Origin: Tubiluchus corallicola
Lineage: Eukaryota; Animalia; Priapulida
NCBI GenBank assembly: GCA_030141605.1
Contig: JAQGDQ010000038.1
Span: 496,001 to 560,000 of the forward strand
Length of the DNA stretch: 64,000 nt
Reading direction: 5' to 3'
The position numbers and the translations under genes were made by a program. The notes under the pieces were generated by a model. It was not told the origin of the DNA and did no database searches. It worked only from the letters and a program-made list of their open reading frames with translations. Shown here one piece after another: positions 40,201-53,900 of this stretch (position 1 is the stretch's first letter; each line of letters opens with the position of its first letter).

Positions 40201-43200
40201 AGCTAAAGCCTCCTAAAAATCTTACTTTACTGAATGTTCTGAAGGCTTGCCTCGACTTTTCGTGACCAAACTGTGTTCTGCCTCTGCTCCTGTAGGTTTC
40301 AATTACCTTAATAAATTCCGCGAAAGCCACCCTTCGCTTCTCATCCTATCCATAATAAATATCATTTTCAAACACAGTAAATATAATATAATATCTGGTA
40401 AGAGAGAAATTTTGCCTTTTGGCTATTTTTGCAAAAAAGACTCTTTATACAATGTAGCAAAATTTTGTTGTTGCTTTTTTAATTTCAGTTTTCTGTACTT
40501 GACAGTATGATAATAATGACAGTTTTTTGAGATGAACGTTTTTACCTCTGACATTCTTTCGTAAGCTTCAAGAGGAGTATTGTCCACAAAGTCAAGCAGC
40601 TCAACCTCATAAAATACGGTAGCATTCGGAGGAATTCTAGGCGGGCATCCCAGCTCAAGATAAGCCATTTCTGGACGGACAATGAAGTTTGCCTTTTCAT
40701 TTTTCTTCATCGTGGATATTCCTAGATCCAATCCCGGAACGAGGTCCTGCCCTGGAAAATAATCATTTTCTTTTATAAACAAGGGAAAGTCTCTTGGGAA
40801 CTGGGAAAGTTTGATTGCATTTTGGGTAGCTATTGCGTCATCCTGCGTAATATCAAAGTATGCAGCAAATTGCTATCTTATTATCACCAGTGGGGTAACA
40901 GAAACAAGATGGGGAGGCGTCATTAGTTGTGAAAAATGTTAGTATGATGATGTAGTGCAATGTCATAAAAAGGATTTCATTCAGAAATTTTAACCATTAA
41001 CATAAAGTGTTATTAAACATACAACTGTACACAAAACTTTTCAGCATGTCACTGCCAACAAACAAAAAAAATGGAATGGTTCTGTATTGCAAAACCCGCT
41101 TAGTGCTCAAATTTTAAACACTTTTATTATAAGGTGGTGAGAGTGAATGTTTATTCAACACACCTAGTCGTGTTCGTCTTGGTTTATTCTGGAGATATGT
41201 TGAATCAAATGGTTCATCAGCATATTCGAAAAATCCATTATAATGAACTGCAAAGAGCAACATATAATTAGGCAGTGGAAATTAGAACAAAAACTTCAAT
41301 ACATTAAAACTAATTAGACACACTGGGAGCCCTACACAATACACTAAATATGGTTAACCTAAAGTAAGTGGTGACTTTATTGCCTAGACAAAAATGATAC
41401 CACCATGTTGAACATTTCCTGTAGATAGTTTGTAACAGAATGCGTGATTGATATGAACAGTCTTAAGCACAGTTCAGCCATCAGTTAAAGCAGTGATAAT
41501 GGCTTTGCCATTAAAACGGTTATGATACATTTTTATAAACACTTCTATATAGGTACTACATAAACACCTATTATTATAGATACTCCAAGACATGTGCAGA
41601 ATAATTGCTTGTTCCGTGACTTATTGCAAAAAAAAACAACTGCTAGATTCAACTATACTATAGCAAAGAACAATGTTTTCCTAAAGTCTTGGCAAGAAAA
41701 CAACATAGTAGAAAGTGAAAACATCTATAGAAGTGGAATATGCTTTTAAATATCATGAAGCGAAATTACAGTCACTTAGTTATATTGTAGGGTTTGTTCA
41801 ATTACGTAATTTTGTTTTAGTATTTTGAAATTGTAATACAGATAATCAAATAAGCCAAATTGTCATACAGTGTGAATGCAAACCTTTGAGTGGTGTTTAG
41901 GTTTGATGTAGTAGAGAGAAGAATCGTCAATAAACTGCTGCATTATTTACTCACAAGTCACAAATGCATCAGGTGGTACATTAAGCCCGGAACCCTGCTT
42001 GATCATCTTCTTAAATACAAGTCCCTGGCCATTACTTATGTCTTCCATATTCTTTAGCAGGCTATCAAAAGGACTCTGAAATAAAGTTTTACAAGGCAAA
42101 TTATTCAGTTTTCCCATAACAAAAAGAAAATATTGTTATAACAAGTCTCTATCATTTGACAATTTCAGATAGTCAGTGGCGTAGCAAGTGCTTGTGGGCC
42201 CCGAGGGCCAAATAAAACTTCTGACACCCTACCTCTTTCATGTTTTGGTGTATTTGTTTTGTGGGTTGGAGCCACATATTATGCACTTTTTGGGTCTCTG
42301 ATACCCACTTTTCTTTTTCGACATGATGGGATAAGGTTAAACGAATTTTTTCCAAGAATAAACCTAAGTATGATATGCATACTGTACCATAATAACAACT
42401 TCTTCCTATACGTTTGTCTAGTAAAGTTGGTCGTAACATGATAAAAGTTAAACATTTAGTTCTAGCTTTAAAGCATGCTAAGATGATGAAAGGTACAGAA
42501 CACTACAGGTTTTCACAATAATATAATCGACATTTAGAGAATAATGACACTGTTTCTCCCAAAATTATCGATCTGCTAAGTTACGCACCACACCACACAC
42601 GCCACCATTGAGTAACAATATTAAGATTTTTGCTAGGTTGTATGTAGTGATTAAGTTAGCTACGATGATTTCTGACTAGCTAATTTTGTTGTAGTTTGAA
42701 AACTTTTTTTAATTGTTAATGTCTGATTAGTAATTAATAATTAACAGTCATTAGACTCTAGAAGAATTTTGAGTGCTCTCACACTAGCGCCCAATGATGA
42801 CTGCCTTTTGTTGCTGCCCACCCCCCTTGTTATGCCCCCGCTGTGTACATTTATTATTTTACATAACCAATGGAAAAAACCCTAAAACCCTAAAATAACA
42901 CTAAACTTTCAAAGAAACAGCACTTTTCTATTCAATTCATCACAGCAACTTCGAAAGTGCCGCTGAAACTTTCATTATCTCAATGCATATAAAAAGTATC
43001 CTGCAAAGTTTCAATTTTTCAGGCAGTTCAGAAAGTTATAAGCCATAAGTCTTAAATAATGGAATAACCTAATTACTCATCAGCATAGCCTACTACTAAC
43101 GTTGAATGGTGCGACTGGAATGTAGCTCATTACCAAGGATAATCTTCTAAAGTGCGACATTAAACCAGCAGTAGCATTTTAACCACTAAAACGATGTGCA

Positions 43201-46200
43201 TTCTTACCATTCTCCCTCAATGAAATGAAGAGCCGAAGACAGTATGGCAGAAAAACCTGATAAAAATCAGTTTTCCCTCCTGTCAAAAATCCATTTGCTG
43301 AACTGGTTTGACACTGCTTAACTAATGTTTTGCAGTCACACATGCCCAGGACAATTTAGATATACCTCACCTCAAAATAATACTACATTTTCCAAATACA
43401 GTAAAACAAAAACAAAATATGCTATAAAAACAAAAGACTATTACAGCATTCATGAAACATTAGGTGCAAAAGTGTACTTAAGTAAAATTCTCTATCCAAG
43501 AATTCTCATATATTTTTATACCTGTTGAAACTTGGTAGTTTTTGTTAGAAAACTTTATTGTTGCAGCAAAGAAAGAACACTATTACAGCAACTTGTGTGG
43601 TCACTTCATATTTACTATAACTGGAATTAAAACTGAAACATGCTTGTTCTTTGTGCAAGTGATCAGAAATGTAACGCATTTTCAGAATGTCACAATGACA
43701 GTCACACAGACTTACAGGTGCAAAAGGTCCCTGATTGTGCTTTCGAGGGTTTACTAAGATAAATAATCTTTAATTAACTTCGAAATTACTTCGAAATAAA
43801 TTACTACAACCAACTGCTTTTGCTTTCGTGTTTTCGGAAGAAAATAAATAATCTTTCAATAAGCCTTTTCACAGTTCCAGTGATTGACGATGGTTGTGAA
43901 AAGGCCAAAGGTTAACTGTACCAGACAACACATTTGTGTACACTTGACAATGCCTCACAGACCATGCTGTTGTAATAGTAACAGTTCTAACAGCTAGCAG
44001 AACTTTACCTGGTTCATTTTTTCTTCTTCCCAAGCAAGGTCCCACTAGTTAATCATTCTACGCACAGACTAATGCTAATTAAATAAAGTCTATATAAAAC
44101 AACTGAAGTTAATAAAGTGACACGGCTGTGATACTTTGTTTTACCCATGTCACGTGGTGGTTGTAGTTAAGACGCAATTGCTGTGGTACACTTAACCTTT
44201 GACCTATAACAGCTCTGGGTGCACACAACGAAACTGTGAAAAGGTTTATTAACTTCAAAATTACTTACAGATAAACAGTCAAAAAAGTCTAACAATAAAG
44301 GAAGAACGTTCGTAAACTAATTTGTAGTAATTAGTGACAAGCATAATATAAAAGGTATTCTGAGTATGTGTTCAAGTTTGTCATCATTGGTATGTTGTCC
44401 ATCACAGTCAATGACAATAAAATAAGAAGCTAGGTCTATAATCTGTGCTTTTATCTTTAAATCCAACTCTGAAAAGAAGATATAGTAAACAGCAAATATA
44501 GACCAAGTTTTAAACAATGCTGTAATAACTACTTACTAAGCCATCATCATGTTCAACAGTACAGTTATAATTCAAGTGGCTGTAGACTTGATTTGGTTCA
44601 AAGTATAATTTTTCGTCTTGCCCTGAAATCAGTGAAAAATGCAGAAAGGAAAAGTAGACGTACAGAATCAGTACAGAATGTGTGCATGTACAGAATCAAA
44701 ACATGCTTGTTAAGCAAATAAGAACAAAGCTTCAAACTAATAGAAAAGTGTTACTGCCACTAAAGTGCATTATTTTCATAAGGTCTGCATATTGCATAAG
44801 CACCTACTTTTTCAAACACGTCCATTTAATTTTGTTTTGCAAAGGAGACATTCAGAACCAATTGAAGTTAACAATCGGCCAACTTAGCAAGCGAATTTAT
44901 GATCACCTGGAAACACTTTCAGGTAATTTCATCTGTTACGTTTTCTCAGGCTGTGTTTTTCATTGAGCATGATAATACATGTTTGAAGGTGGCAAAGGCA
45001 TCTGTCTCATCTCATCACCTCAGAGGATTATTATTAATAAGGATCAGGTGATCAGAAGCATGTTAACCATTAGCCTAATTATGATACCAAAATTTGAGGG
45101 TGCTAGATTTTCACGGCCCCAGTGTTAAGAAAATTTTATTTTTATAGTTTTCCATGGAAATACGTATAATTGTATATTTCATTTAGAGTTAGTAATCAGC
45201 ATGATTAGGTTTCAGCACATATTCAGAGTGTTCTATCCACAATAATTTTTTGTGGCTAAACCAAATCAGCCAGCTTCAGACATTCAGTAAGGTTAGCAAA
45301 GGGACAAAGTGCTCAGCTTAATACAGATGTTAACACTAGAATAACTATGTGGTCAAGTGACCTAATTTACACTACTTTAAATTTTATACTCGGTGACTTT
45401 CTCACTGTTTTGTCTAACTTCTTTATAGTACATACATCTAGTGTAAAATTAGTTTCCATTTTTTTATAACTCACCAATGGTACTCAGATGTTTGTTTGGT
45501 CAACCGACCCATCCCTTCCAAAATATACAAGTATGTTAATGAAGGCATAAATTACAAATGTTTGCACTGACAGTGTGTTCTTGCTTTCAACTAAACTTTT
45601 TTCCAGTTAGATATCTAAACATTTATGAGATCCAATAGATGAGAATAGGGGCTGCATCTCCAAATATTTGTAGTAAAATTTGTGTACTGTAGTGTAATCT
45701 GCTAACTAAGATTTTTTTTGTAACTTTAGGGATGTATGAGTGCTAATACAACAGCAGCTTCATAAAGAACATTGTAGACTGGAATATTGTAATATTAGCA
45801 ATGTAAAATGTTCCAGCAGTTCTTTTAAATATTTGATTGAAAGTGTGAATAAGGCCAACAAGTTTTTCTATTTCAGAGGTATAGATATAGCTATGCAATC
45901 AATTTGCAAACAGACTAACCAGTAGTTATAGCACAGCACAATCATCTACTGAGTCTGGTTTTCTGTTAGTGCTACATAAAAAAACAAGTACTGTTTGCAC
46001 AATTAATGCACAAAAGATGCTACACCACAAGCAGTTGGGTGGCCTGCATCAATATAACCGCTATACAATTGCACGATAATTGCACATATTTAATAATAAC
46101 CACTTAAGTAATAGGTAATGATGCAACTAATACAGCACAAGCAATTATAAAGTGAATCTCACATATAGAAACTGCAATGAGGAAAGGCAGGAATGACAAC

Positions 46201-46946
46201 AATTAGCCTAGGGAGTCGTTGTATCTTAATACAACCCTGATAATGGTAGTTTAAAAATGTTAGGTTTGGCTCTTGCCAAAGCCATCAATATAATAAATAA
46301 TCACTACCATTAAGTTCTTGAAACGGGTTGCAAATGTGCCAAATAGTATTTATAAAAAATCTGCTGCAATTAACATAAATAATCTAAATGAAGAAACTAT
46401 TATTTAAGTATATGATGCGATAAATGGCATCCATGATACTCATCAAGTTAATTTACAAGCCACAATGTTAATGCCTTTGTGCTTAATATAAAATAATGCA
46501 ACACAAGTTTCATACAACACACTTTTAGGTGTCAGTATAGGTTAAATGCAAGTTTATAAGTTAACTAACTTAAAAGAAAAGTGAAAAATGTTTCTAAAAC
46601 CTTCATGTTCCTCAACATCGACTTCAAAGTCGACTGCATTTCCCTGTAGAAGATCGTTGATGTCAATTGGCCTCTTCAAAGTCAAAGTGCCCTGCAAAAT
46701 TAAAAAAAAACAATGTGTAATGTACATTTCAATCTAGAATCCGTTTGTGTCAATAGCAATATAAGAACACCATTTTGCACACTTACAGGCAAGCATGAGT
46801 GGTTTCTTCACTTTGTTTTACTGTCACTGAATGTACGTTTATTACGTTGCCACACTTACCGATTCATCATAATCGCTATGATCATCATCTTCGTAATCAT
46901 CGTTATCTATAGTTAGGGTACCAAGAGTTTTTGTTAGGTCAGTCAT
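34293..46946 (-). CDS. FKBP6: FKBP6 / shutdown: inactive PPIase + TPR co-chaperone of the piRNA pathway, ~473 aa, with a C-terminal R3H-like extension
   Basis: Twelve phase-consistent exons: 46946-46860, 46691-46601, 44622-44537, 42075-41955, 41247-41164, 40751-40546, 40345-40226, 38989-38792, 36670-36496, 35185-35104, 34945-34831 and 34349-34293. FKBP6-typical motifs SPFD...M.DI....LVFKK.IKQGSG..VPPDA.V..HYNGFFEYADEPFDST and MKKNEKA.F...PEMAY.ELGCPPRIPPNATV.YEVEL, then TPR repeats. Confidence 0.9.
35305..35877. mobile_element. hAT-like non-autonomous element in an FKBP6 intron
   Basis: An 8-bp direct repeat CAACTAAT flanks both ends (35297-35304 and 35878-35885). Degenerate termini cagacgcatagc and (rc) caatggtgtatc. 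Confidence 0.65.
36226..36299. repeat. Short ~35-bp tandem duplication
   Basis: aagaac..taactaa..ttaagcactgcaacagtaag occurs twice. Confidence 0.7.
39265..39991. mobile_element. pogo/Tigger-like MITE in an FKBP6 intron
   Basis: TIRs CAGTAAGTTCTCGCTTAACAA and (rc) CAGTAAGTCCTGGCTTAACAA (2 mismatches in 21), with TA on both flanks. Confidence 0.82.
42174..42843. mobile_element. hAT-like MITE (CAGTGGCGTAGC terminus), degenerate
   Basis: Left end cagtggcgtagcaag; right end ...cccccttgttatgcccccgctg. No target-site duplication is preserved. Confidence 0.4.
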
Positions 46947-49539
46947 TGTTGAAAAAGTCTAGGATATCTAAAAACAAAAAGAACACCGATTCATTATTTA
47001 CCATAATACACATGTAATTTATAACTCAAATTTATTTTAATTTAGAGTAAATTAATTAGTATACATTCCAGATGTAGATATGCACATTACAAAAATATCC
47101 ATGGTTTCTTGGTGAGTGCTGTACATTTTCAGGTGTGAAGCTGATTTATCTGCATAGTTGCACTGACATTAGAAGTCACAGAATTATTATTAACCACAAA
47201 GTAATATTTAACACAATAGCCTCTACTTGTGTTCTAAGCCAGTTCAGCAATCAGTATTGTCAGGGTCGAAAGTTGTGTATTTTCGTTTCCAAGATGTGTA
47301 CGGAACATGCTCGGGTATTAAACAATGCTGGTAATTATTTGGATACCCGATGGAATCGAAGTCATAAACATTTCAAAATACTGTTGTTTGCAGTCAGATA
47401 GATACCAAGTGTAACTTACATGCTTTAAGCAGTAATATTACATTTTTAATCAGTAAGCACAACATTTGCATGAAATTATTGCAAAAATAGAATTACAATC
47501 CAATCATGATCAACAATCACATTTTGAGAAAATGTAGAATTTAATCGCGATACTGATCACGATCATAGTGCTCTTCAATCCTCTTCCAGTCCGTGGACCA
47601 GCAGCTATCAATGTTTCCGTTACCATTCTAAACACTTCAAACAAAGAAACAGCTTGGCTGTTACTAATACACAATGTTATCGAACTGTCCGATGTACAAA
47701 AAGTTTACAAGAATTATTTTCAATATAGGAATAGTAGAATCTTGGAGTGGTGGGTGAATTCAAGCTTATGTTTGGAAAGGTCAAAGATGGTAATAGATAG
47801 TTAGGGTGACTGACAGCTTCTTCCACTACAGAGACGTTGACATGCATATGTTTGTACTACTTTTAATTCACTTATCAGGCTACACTTGAGATAAGCTAGT
47901 TTTTTGCGAAATCCACTATGATGATATCTTTACAAAAATATGAAGAAACAATACAAACTAGAGCTTGAAGCTGAAATATCTATATCCATATTATATGCAT
48001 ATATCCATCACTTCTAGAAGTAGATTCATAGATCGCTGGTAACGCCTGTTTTCTACTTGCATTTAGTGTGTGTATAGTACAACAAATTTTTTATAGTTCC
48101 ACTCACAGCGCAAATTTCTTTTGAAGTGAGTTGAATTGAATTGATTTAGATGTTAAAGTTTTGCTAATAAAACATTCCAACTGTTTATTACTTGCTTGCC
48201 AAATGCATATTTTCTTACATTTAATCTGACTCTGCTATTGCAGAATTTACAAGCATGACCTCTATTACTGGCTACAGATTAGAAACAAATTTTTCTTCTT
48301 ATTATGTTTATGTTTTTTATCGGATTTTATTAAATAAAGATTACAAACTTTAAAAATTATACTTTTGATTTATTATGTTTTCTAATTTTATAAATTCTCT
48401 GTCATTTAGAATATCAGTTTTAACAGCTCAACAAATGAATTATCCTGATAAAGATTAAGAGGATAATTATAATTTATGACTATTATAGAACTTTACAGTC
48501 CCTTCACATAGCTAAGAAACAACATCCTACAAAAAAGTCATTATAAACAAGTAATCGATATAAAGTTAGGAAACAGAAAAATAAATACTAAAACGAAGAG
48601 CGCTTTAGAAGAACTTTCCCAATTAGCTAACAAAACCAAAGCAAACGAAAATGCAAAATACTAAGCCTAAGATTTATAAAGGTAGTTAGTGGGAAGGCAA
48701 ATTTAAACAACTTAAGTGGAAACAAGAGAGCTATGAACACGTCACCAGCCCGATTTTCAAAATATATCACACGCACAGTTAAACACAGATAACGCAGGCT
48801 ATTACCGCCAATTCCCCATTATGTAAAAAAGTCAAAATAAACTCAAATATTGCATTCCGCCCATAGATAATTATATTATTACGTTAATAATATCCACGTT
48901 CCGCCATGTGCAGTTTAAAATAGGCAATATGCACAGCCTTCATTGGCCAAAAAAGTGCGATCTATTAAGCGCTGAACCACTTATGAAGCTTAGTGCAGTA
49001 ATTTCCTCCATTCGTCACAACCTATCGAATGACTGTGTATACTGGATGGTGCATAATAAATTTTCAATAGTGATCAATGGGGAATGGTAACAACACACAA
49101 CCAACAAAGTCGGTCTCAGTTATATCAGTATACCTGACACTTTAGAGGCAACATGACATATATAATAAACTGGTAAATTTTGGCAATCTCCTTTGCTTTC
49201 ATCACATTGGAATTACTGCTTCTATTCTGATAAATTTGTGAAATTAATAGAATGAATTGAATTGGTATGCTGAGTAAAATTTGGAGTATTGGTGTCCACT
49301 CCAGGCCTTATTGCATTATGTCTGTAAGCAAAAGAGTAAATGCAATAATTACCAAAATATTTTTGAATCAAGAGTAAATGTGATGTGAAGCAAACAATTT
49401 TGATGGGCTTAATATCTGAAATCCACAGAAAATTTTTGTATAGTTACCACACACTGAAAGATTTTCCGACAAGTTTTCGAACCACCAGTAAAAATTAGTC
49501 TTACAAAGATCAAACATATTATCCGTTTTGTTCGAGTAA

Positions 49540-49625
49540 AACCACTAATAATTTGTTTAAAAGTGTGTAATCGAATTCGAACTAAAAAAACTCGTTTGAA
49601 TTCAAACATTCGATGCTCACCCCTA
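49540..49625 (-). mobile_element. hAT-like terminus (TAGGGGTG with tcgaa/ttcga subterminal repeats)
   Basis: The minus strand starts taggggtgagcatcgaatgtttgaattcaaacgag. No partner end was identified. Confidence 0.35.
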
Positions 49626-50955
49626 CCACATGGCAATTGTCACTTTACTGTCCTTGGTGTAGAGTTGTTTACTACTGATATTTTTAAAACCATAAAATAC
49701 TAACAACAAGAAAATTGCAAAATTTAATAATGTTATTATTACAGTTCACTTACAGGTATGCCACAGAAATTTAGAAATCGTATTAAAAGCATCACATTAA
49801 TATCACTGCCAAACCAATATTTTATGCAAAATTTAATTAATTTCGAATTTACGAGCAAGTTGAATAACAATCTTTAAAAAGCTAGAAACACGTAAAGCTC
49901 AATTTGTAGTATAACTAAGTCAATTAATATTTAATGCACGGCGAGCAAGGTTGAGCACAAAAATTATGTGGAAGATAACAGTCAATAATTAATTTATGAA
50001 AACCACACACAATAGGTACATACAAGTTTTCTGCATAATAAAAACTGGTAGGCTACACAATCATATGTTGCACAAACAAGTTGAATATACACTATTGTTT
50101 AAAATGCAAAATATCACATGACATATCAGAAACAAAAAATCATTTGCATACACATCATATACAACAAATGTCATCCAACCAGTATTATTTTCAGGAATAA
50201 TTTAGGAATTACTATAGTATCACAAACTTGGCAAAATGTGATTAAGTGGTTAAAATACTACTGTAAAGTTTGTTTAAATCAATGTTAATTCACAAACTGG
50301 CTGTACCACACACAAAGCCAGCTCCCCGTCCCAATTTATTTTAGCCAAACTTGTAGCCACAGCCAACTTCTTTAGTCATTTTTGTGTTACATTAGTCACA
50401 GTATAATGAAAGCAGGTTAGGGTAAGAATTTAAACACTTGATATTTTCTTTAGCCATTCTGACTAACCTTTAGTTTAACAGTTTTGTTTAAAGATTATAT
50501 AACTTGAGCAGGCCCTGTACACACAGTTAAGCAACTAAATAATATCACCCTTATCTACTATGTACATAAGATGATCTCCACAACCTAAATCATTACCTTT
50601 CATCACCTCTGAAATCTGAGAAGCAAATTTTAGTTGAATAGGTCATTAAGAAAATAATACAATCAACAGCACTTATAATTTTGACACTGAAGGGTAGACA
50701 AAGGGAGTAGTTATTAAGTTATTAGTGGAAAAATGTTAACAGATTTCACATTTTACAATTTTCTCTAACTTCCAAAAAAAGTAATTCACAGCCACCAGCC
50801 TATGGTTACCATTAAAAATTAACAAAATGGCACTAACAAACAATAAACTTCATTTATAACTGGAAAGTTTATACGCAACATTTTCCCATCACTTCAGCAG
50901 ATGCACCAAAAAACATGGCTGTACCATTAAAATAAGAAAACACAAAGAAACAAAG

Positions 50956-53900
50956 TCACCGTTGATATTTTGCTAGCCCTCTGTCTTCATAAATTTGGAC
51001 TATCACATCCAAAGGACCTGAAAGCTCTAAGACAAAGGTTTCTATATCTTTCACAATCTTCTCTGTATCTGGTTCTTTGTTGTAGCTAAGTGCTTTGAAA
51101 AAGTCTTTCCTATAACACACAGTCTTCATACAAAGCTGGAAAAGGAAATAAACTTTGTAAATATATTATTTTTTTTCATTGATATCTGAACTACTAATTA
51201 ATTATCCTATGATATTAAAACTTCAATCTGATGCTCATAACATGATACTACAATACTATTGCAGAACGATAGAAAAGGCTGGCCTTAGAATGTCTTCTGT
51301 TCAATACTACATGTAATTGCAAAAACAGTTAAAGCTTTGAGTGTCATAAAAGTAAATAACGCCTGACTGAGGTATACAATGTTGAAATTCAGAAAATAAA
51401 AAGAATAAAAAATGTACAAAAACATTTATCCAATGCAATTATTTATCCAAATTTAATGCCCATATTTAACTTACACATGCATGTGTGTTTTAAGGTGAAG
51501 TAACAAAGCTTGCCTCCCGCAAAAAGCTTAGCCTTAGCCATTTTGATAGAAGCAGTTTGCAGGACAGATTTAAAACAGCGTATAAACATAATTTGCGTTT
51601 TTATGCTGAAGCTGAAAATAAATTATTGTAATAAAGACTTTTTGCAAATGGTTTTTCGAAGCAGTACACATTAAGGTAAATTCGCTTTTATTACACAGTA
51701 ACAGCCAAACCCGTACAACTTAATACCAGTTTACTATGGACCATAACGCACAAGTTAAGGACAATTATTCATGGTGCGAATAAATCATCCACCCAGCGAC
51801 AATAAGTCTCACTGATTAACTGACTAATATTTATTCTTCTTTGTGCTATAATTCTAGTATCCAGCCATCATGCTTAAACCAAAGTGAATATAATGAGCAT
51901 TTTTGTATCTTTCACATATTGGACATGTCAAAGAAATAATCCAAGTACATCTTGAACTGACAAGAAGACAAAAATTAAGTTCGGGGAAACTTACAACAAT
52001 GCAAACTGATTTAATGCAACACGAGTTAGTGCAGAGTACCAATTTTAGCTGTGCAACTTAGTTTCTCAATAGCTACATTTAACAAAAAATGACTTAGGAA
52101 TGTCAATTACAAAAAATTTAGTTATAGAACTGAAAACATCCATGCCAGTCATTGTTGGTATACATCAACAAGCAAGTAAATCAGCAAACTCTTAGCAAAT
52201 GTACCTAGCAAAATTATTTATTAATGCCAAAGTTTGATATTGCTAAGCCCAAAATTTCAGCAAATTAATATCAATTTGCTTTTCAGAATTAGGTGAAGGC
52301 ACAAAGAATGTAGGTGTAATTTCAAGGCCTACTGATTCAAAACTGATCCGTGATTTCAGGCTCACAGGGTGTAACTATGGCAAAAAAGGCATGAATGCTT
52401 ACGTATTAAATAATAATAACACAAACCTGAAATATTTTTTGCACCATCCAACCATGATACTGCTTAAGAATAGCTTCATAAGCTGCTACTATGTGGGGTT
52501 CCATATTCTCACTTTGTTTCCCAGCTTTATGATCATCAACAATAGCTTGTAATAACATACGAATGTACTGAAGGCCTCTGCAATAAAAATGTAATAAAAA
52601 ACTGTAATTTTTTAACTAGAAAAATACTTTAACTATTTACATGTTATTTTCATAATTAACAAATACAGTTTCAACAAAAATCACAGATTTTGAAATCAGT
52701 TACCACAGCTGAGGCAGTCAGAATGTAGCTGAATTCTTTTAGGTATAGGTAATGCCCTGAAAATTGCTAAAGATGCTGAAATATAATAATAACAGTTGCA
52801 ATGTTCTGAAAAAGCTCCTGACTATACTAACTCAACTTTTGAGTAACAATCATCACATACCCTGCTGCTATTTTAAATTTTATTGGTCCTTTATACTTGA
52901 ATCGCCAAATGAAAAATTTAGTTTCGTATAGATACTATTTTTCATAAAAATAAATTTTATGTTCTCATTGTATGTGGTGTTCTACATCATTCTGCAATTT
53001 TAATTAAGGCTAAGAATCAATTATTGAACACCCTGCTTAGATTATACATCCAGATAGGCATATAATATGCTATTGCATGTGGTCGCCATAGCATTAACAA
53101 AGTAGTAATGGGCATCAACCCACTTATTTATTTACAATAATTACCAAAGGTTATAATTTATTTACTGTTCTCCTCATCATTAGGTTACAAAGCTGCCAGC
53201 AAAATAGGAAGTATAAGAACATAGTCTGTACTTTGAACTTTCTAGGCACATGTCAATAATTTGGTGGCATTTGTTTAACATATTTGTAAACCACTAATGC
53301 TGCTGTGCACATATATACATATATATTACTTATAAGCAGGCTTCAATATGTAAATACAGCTTATTTCCATCCTTGAAGGTACTAAGAATAGAACATTGTG
53401 AGGGCATAAAGCAAATGCTAGGCTTGACCACCACCATGACGATAACTGATATACGTGCGCGTATCTGTACTAAGTAGTGGAATCATGGACAACGTTTTGT
53501 GTTTAATGTAATAAGATTGGTTAATAAACATAAACTTTGATTGAAGTACTCCAAAAAGAATAAACAAACATCTTTGGGTTGTTGACAGTCTTTGGGTTTA
53601 TTGCTACAAGACAAGATGAGAAAACCTCGTATGGTGTTACATTTTTCCAAGACTCCATAACGTGAACCAGTAGAACACACTAAGTATTGAGCCTTACGAA
53701 CTTCTTTTAACAACCAAATGTTTTATAACATTTTCAGTAAATAGTTATAGTGATCTGAATGTTCTTATAGACAAAAACATTTTTTGATCTAGATCTTGAT
53801 TGAGCAAATGCATATTTTGCTATGACATTTTACCTTTTGAGCCACAGTAAGGCATCAATGACAGACACTTTTGGCGGAGCGTTCTTGTTAATCTCTGCAA

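Noticed and set aside
44009-44045. Extra FKBP6 exon (WDLAWEEEKMNQ) with a good donor
   Set aside because: The acceptor lacks a pyrimidine tract, and exon 44622-44537 already joins in phase to the conserved SPFD motif.
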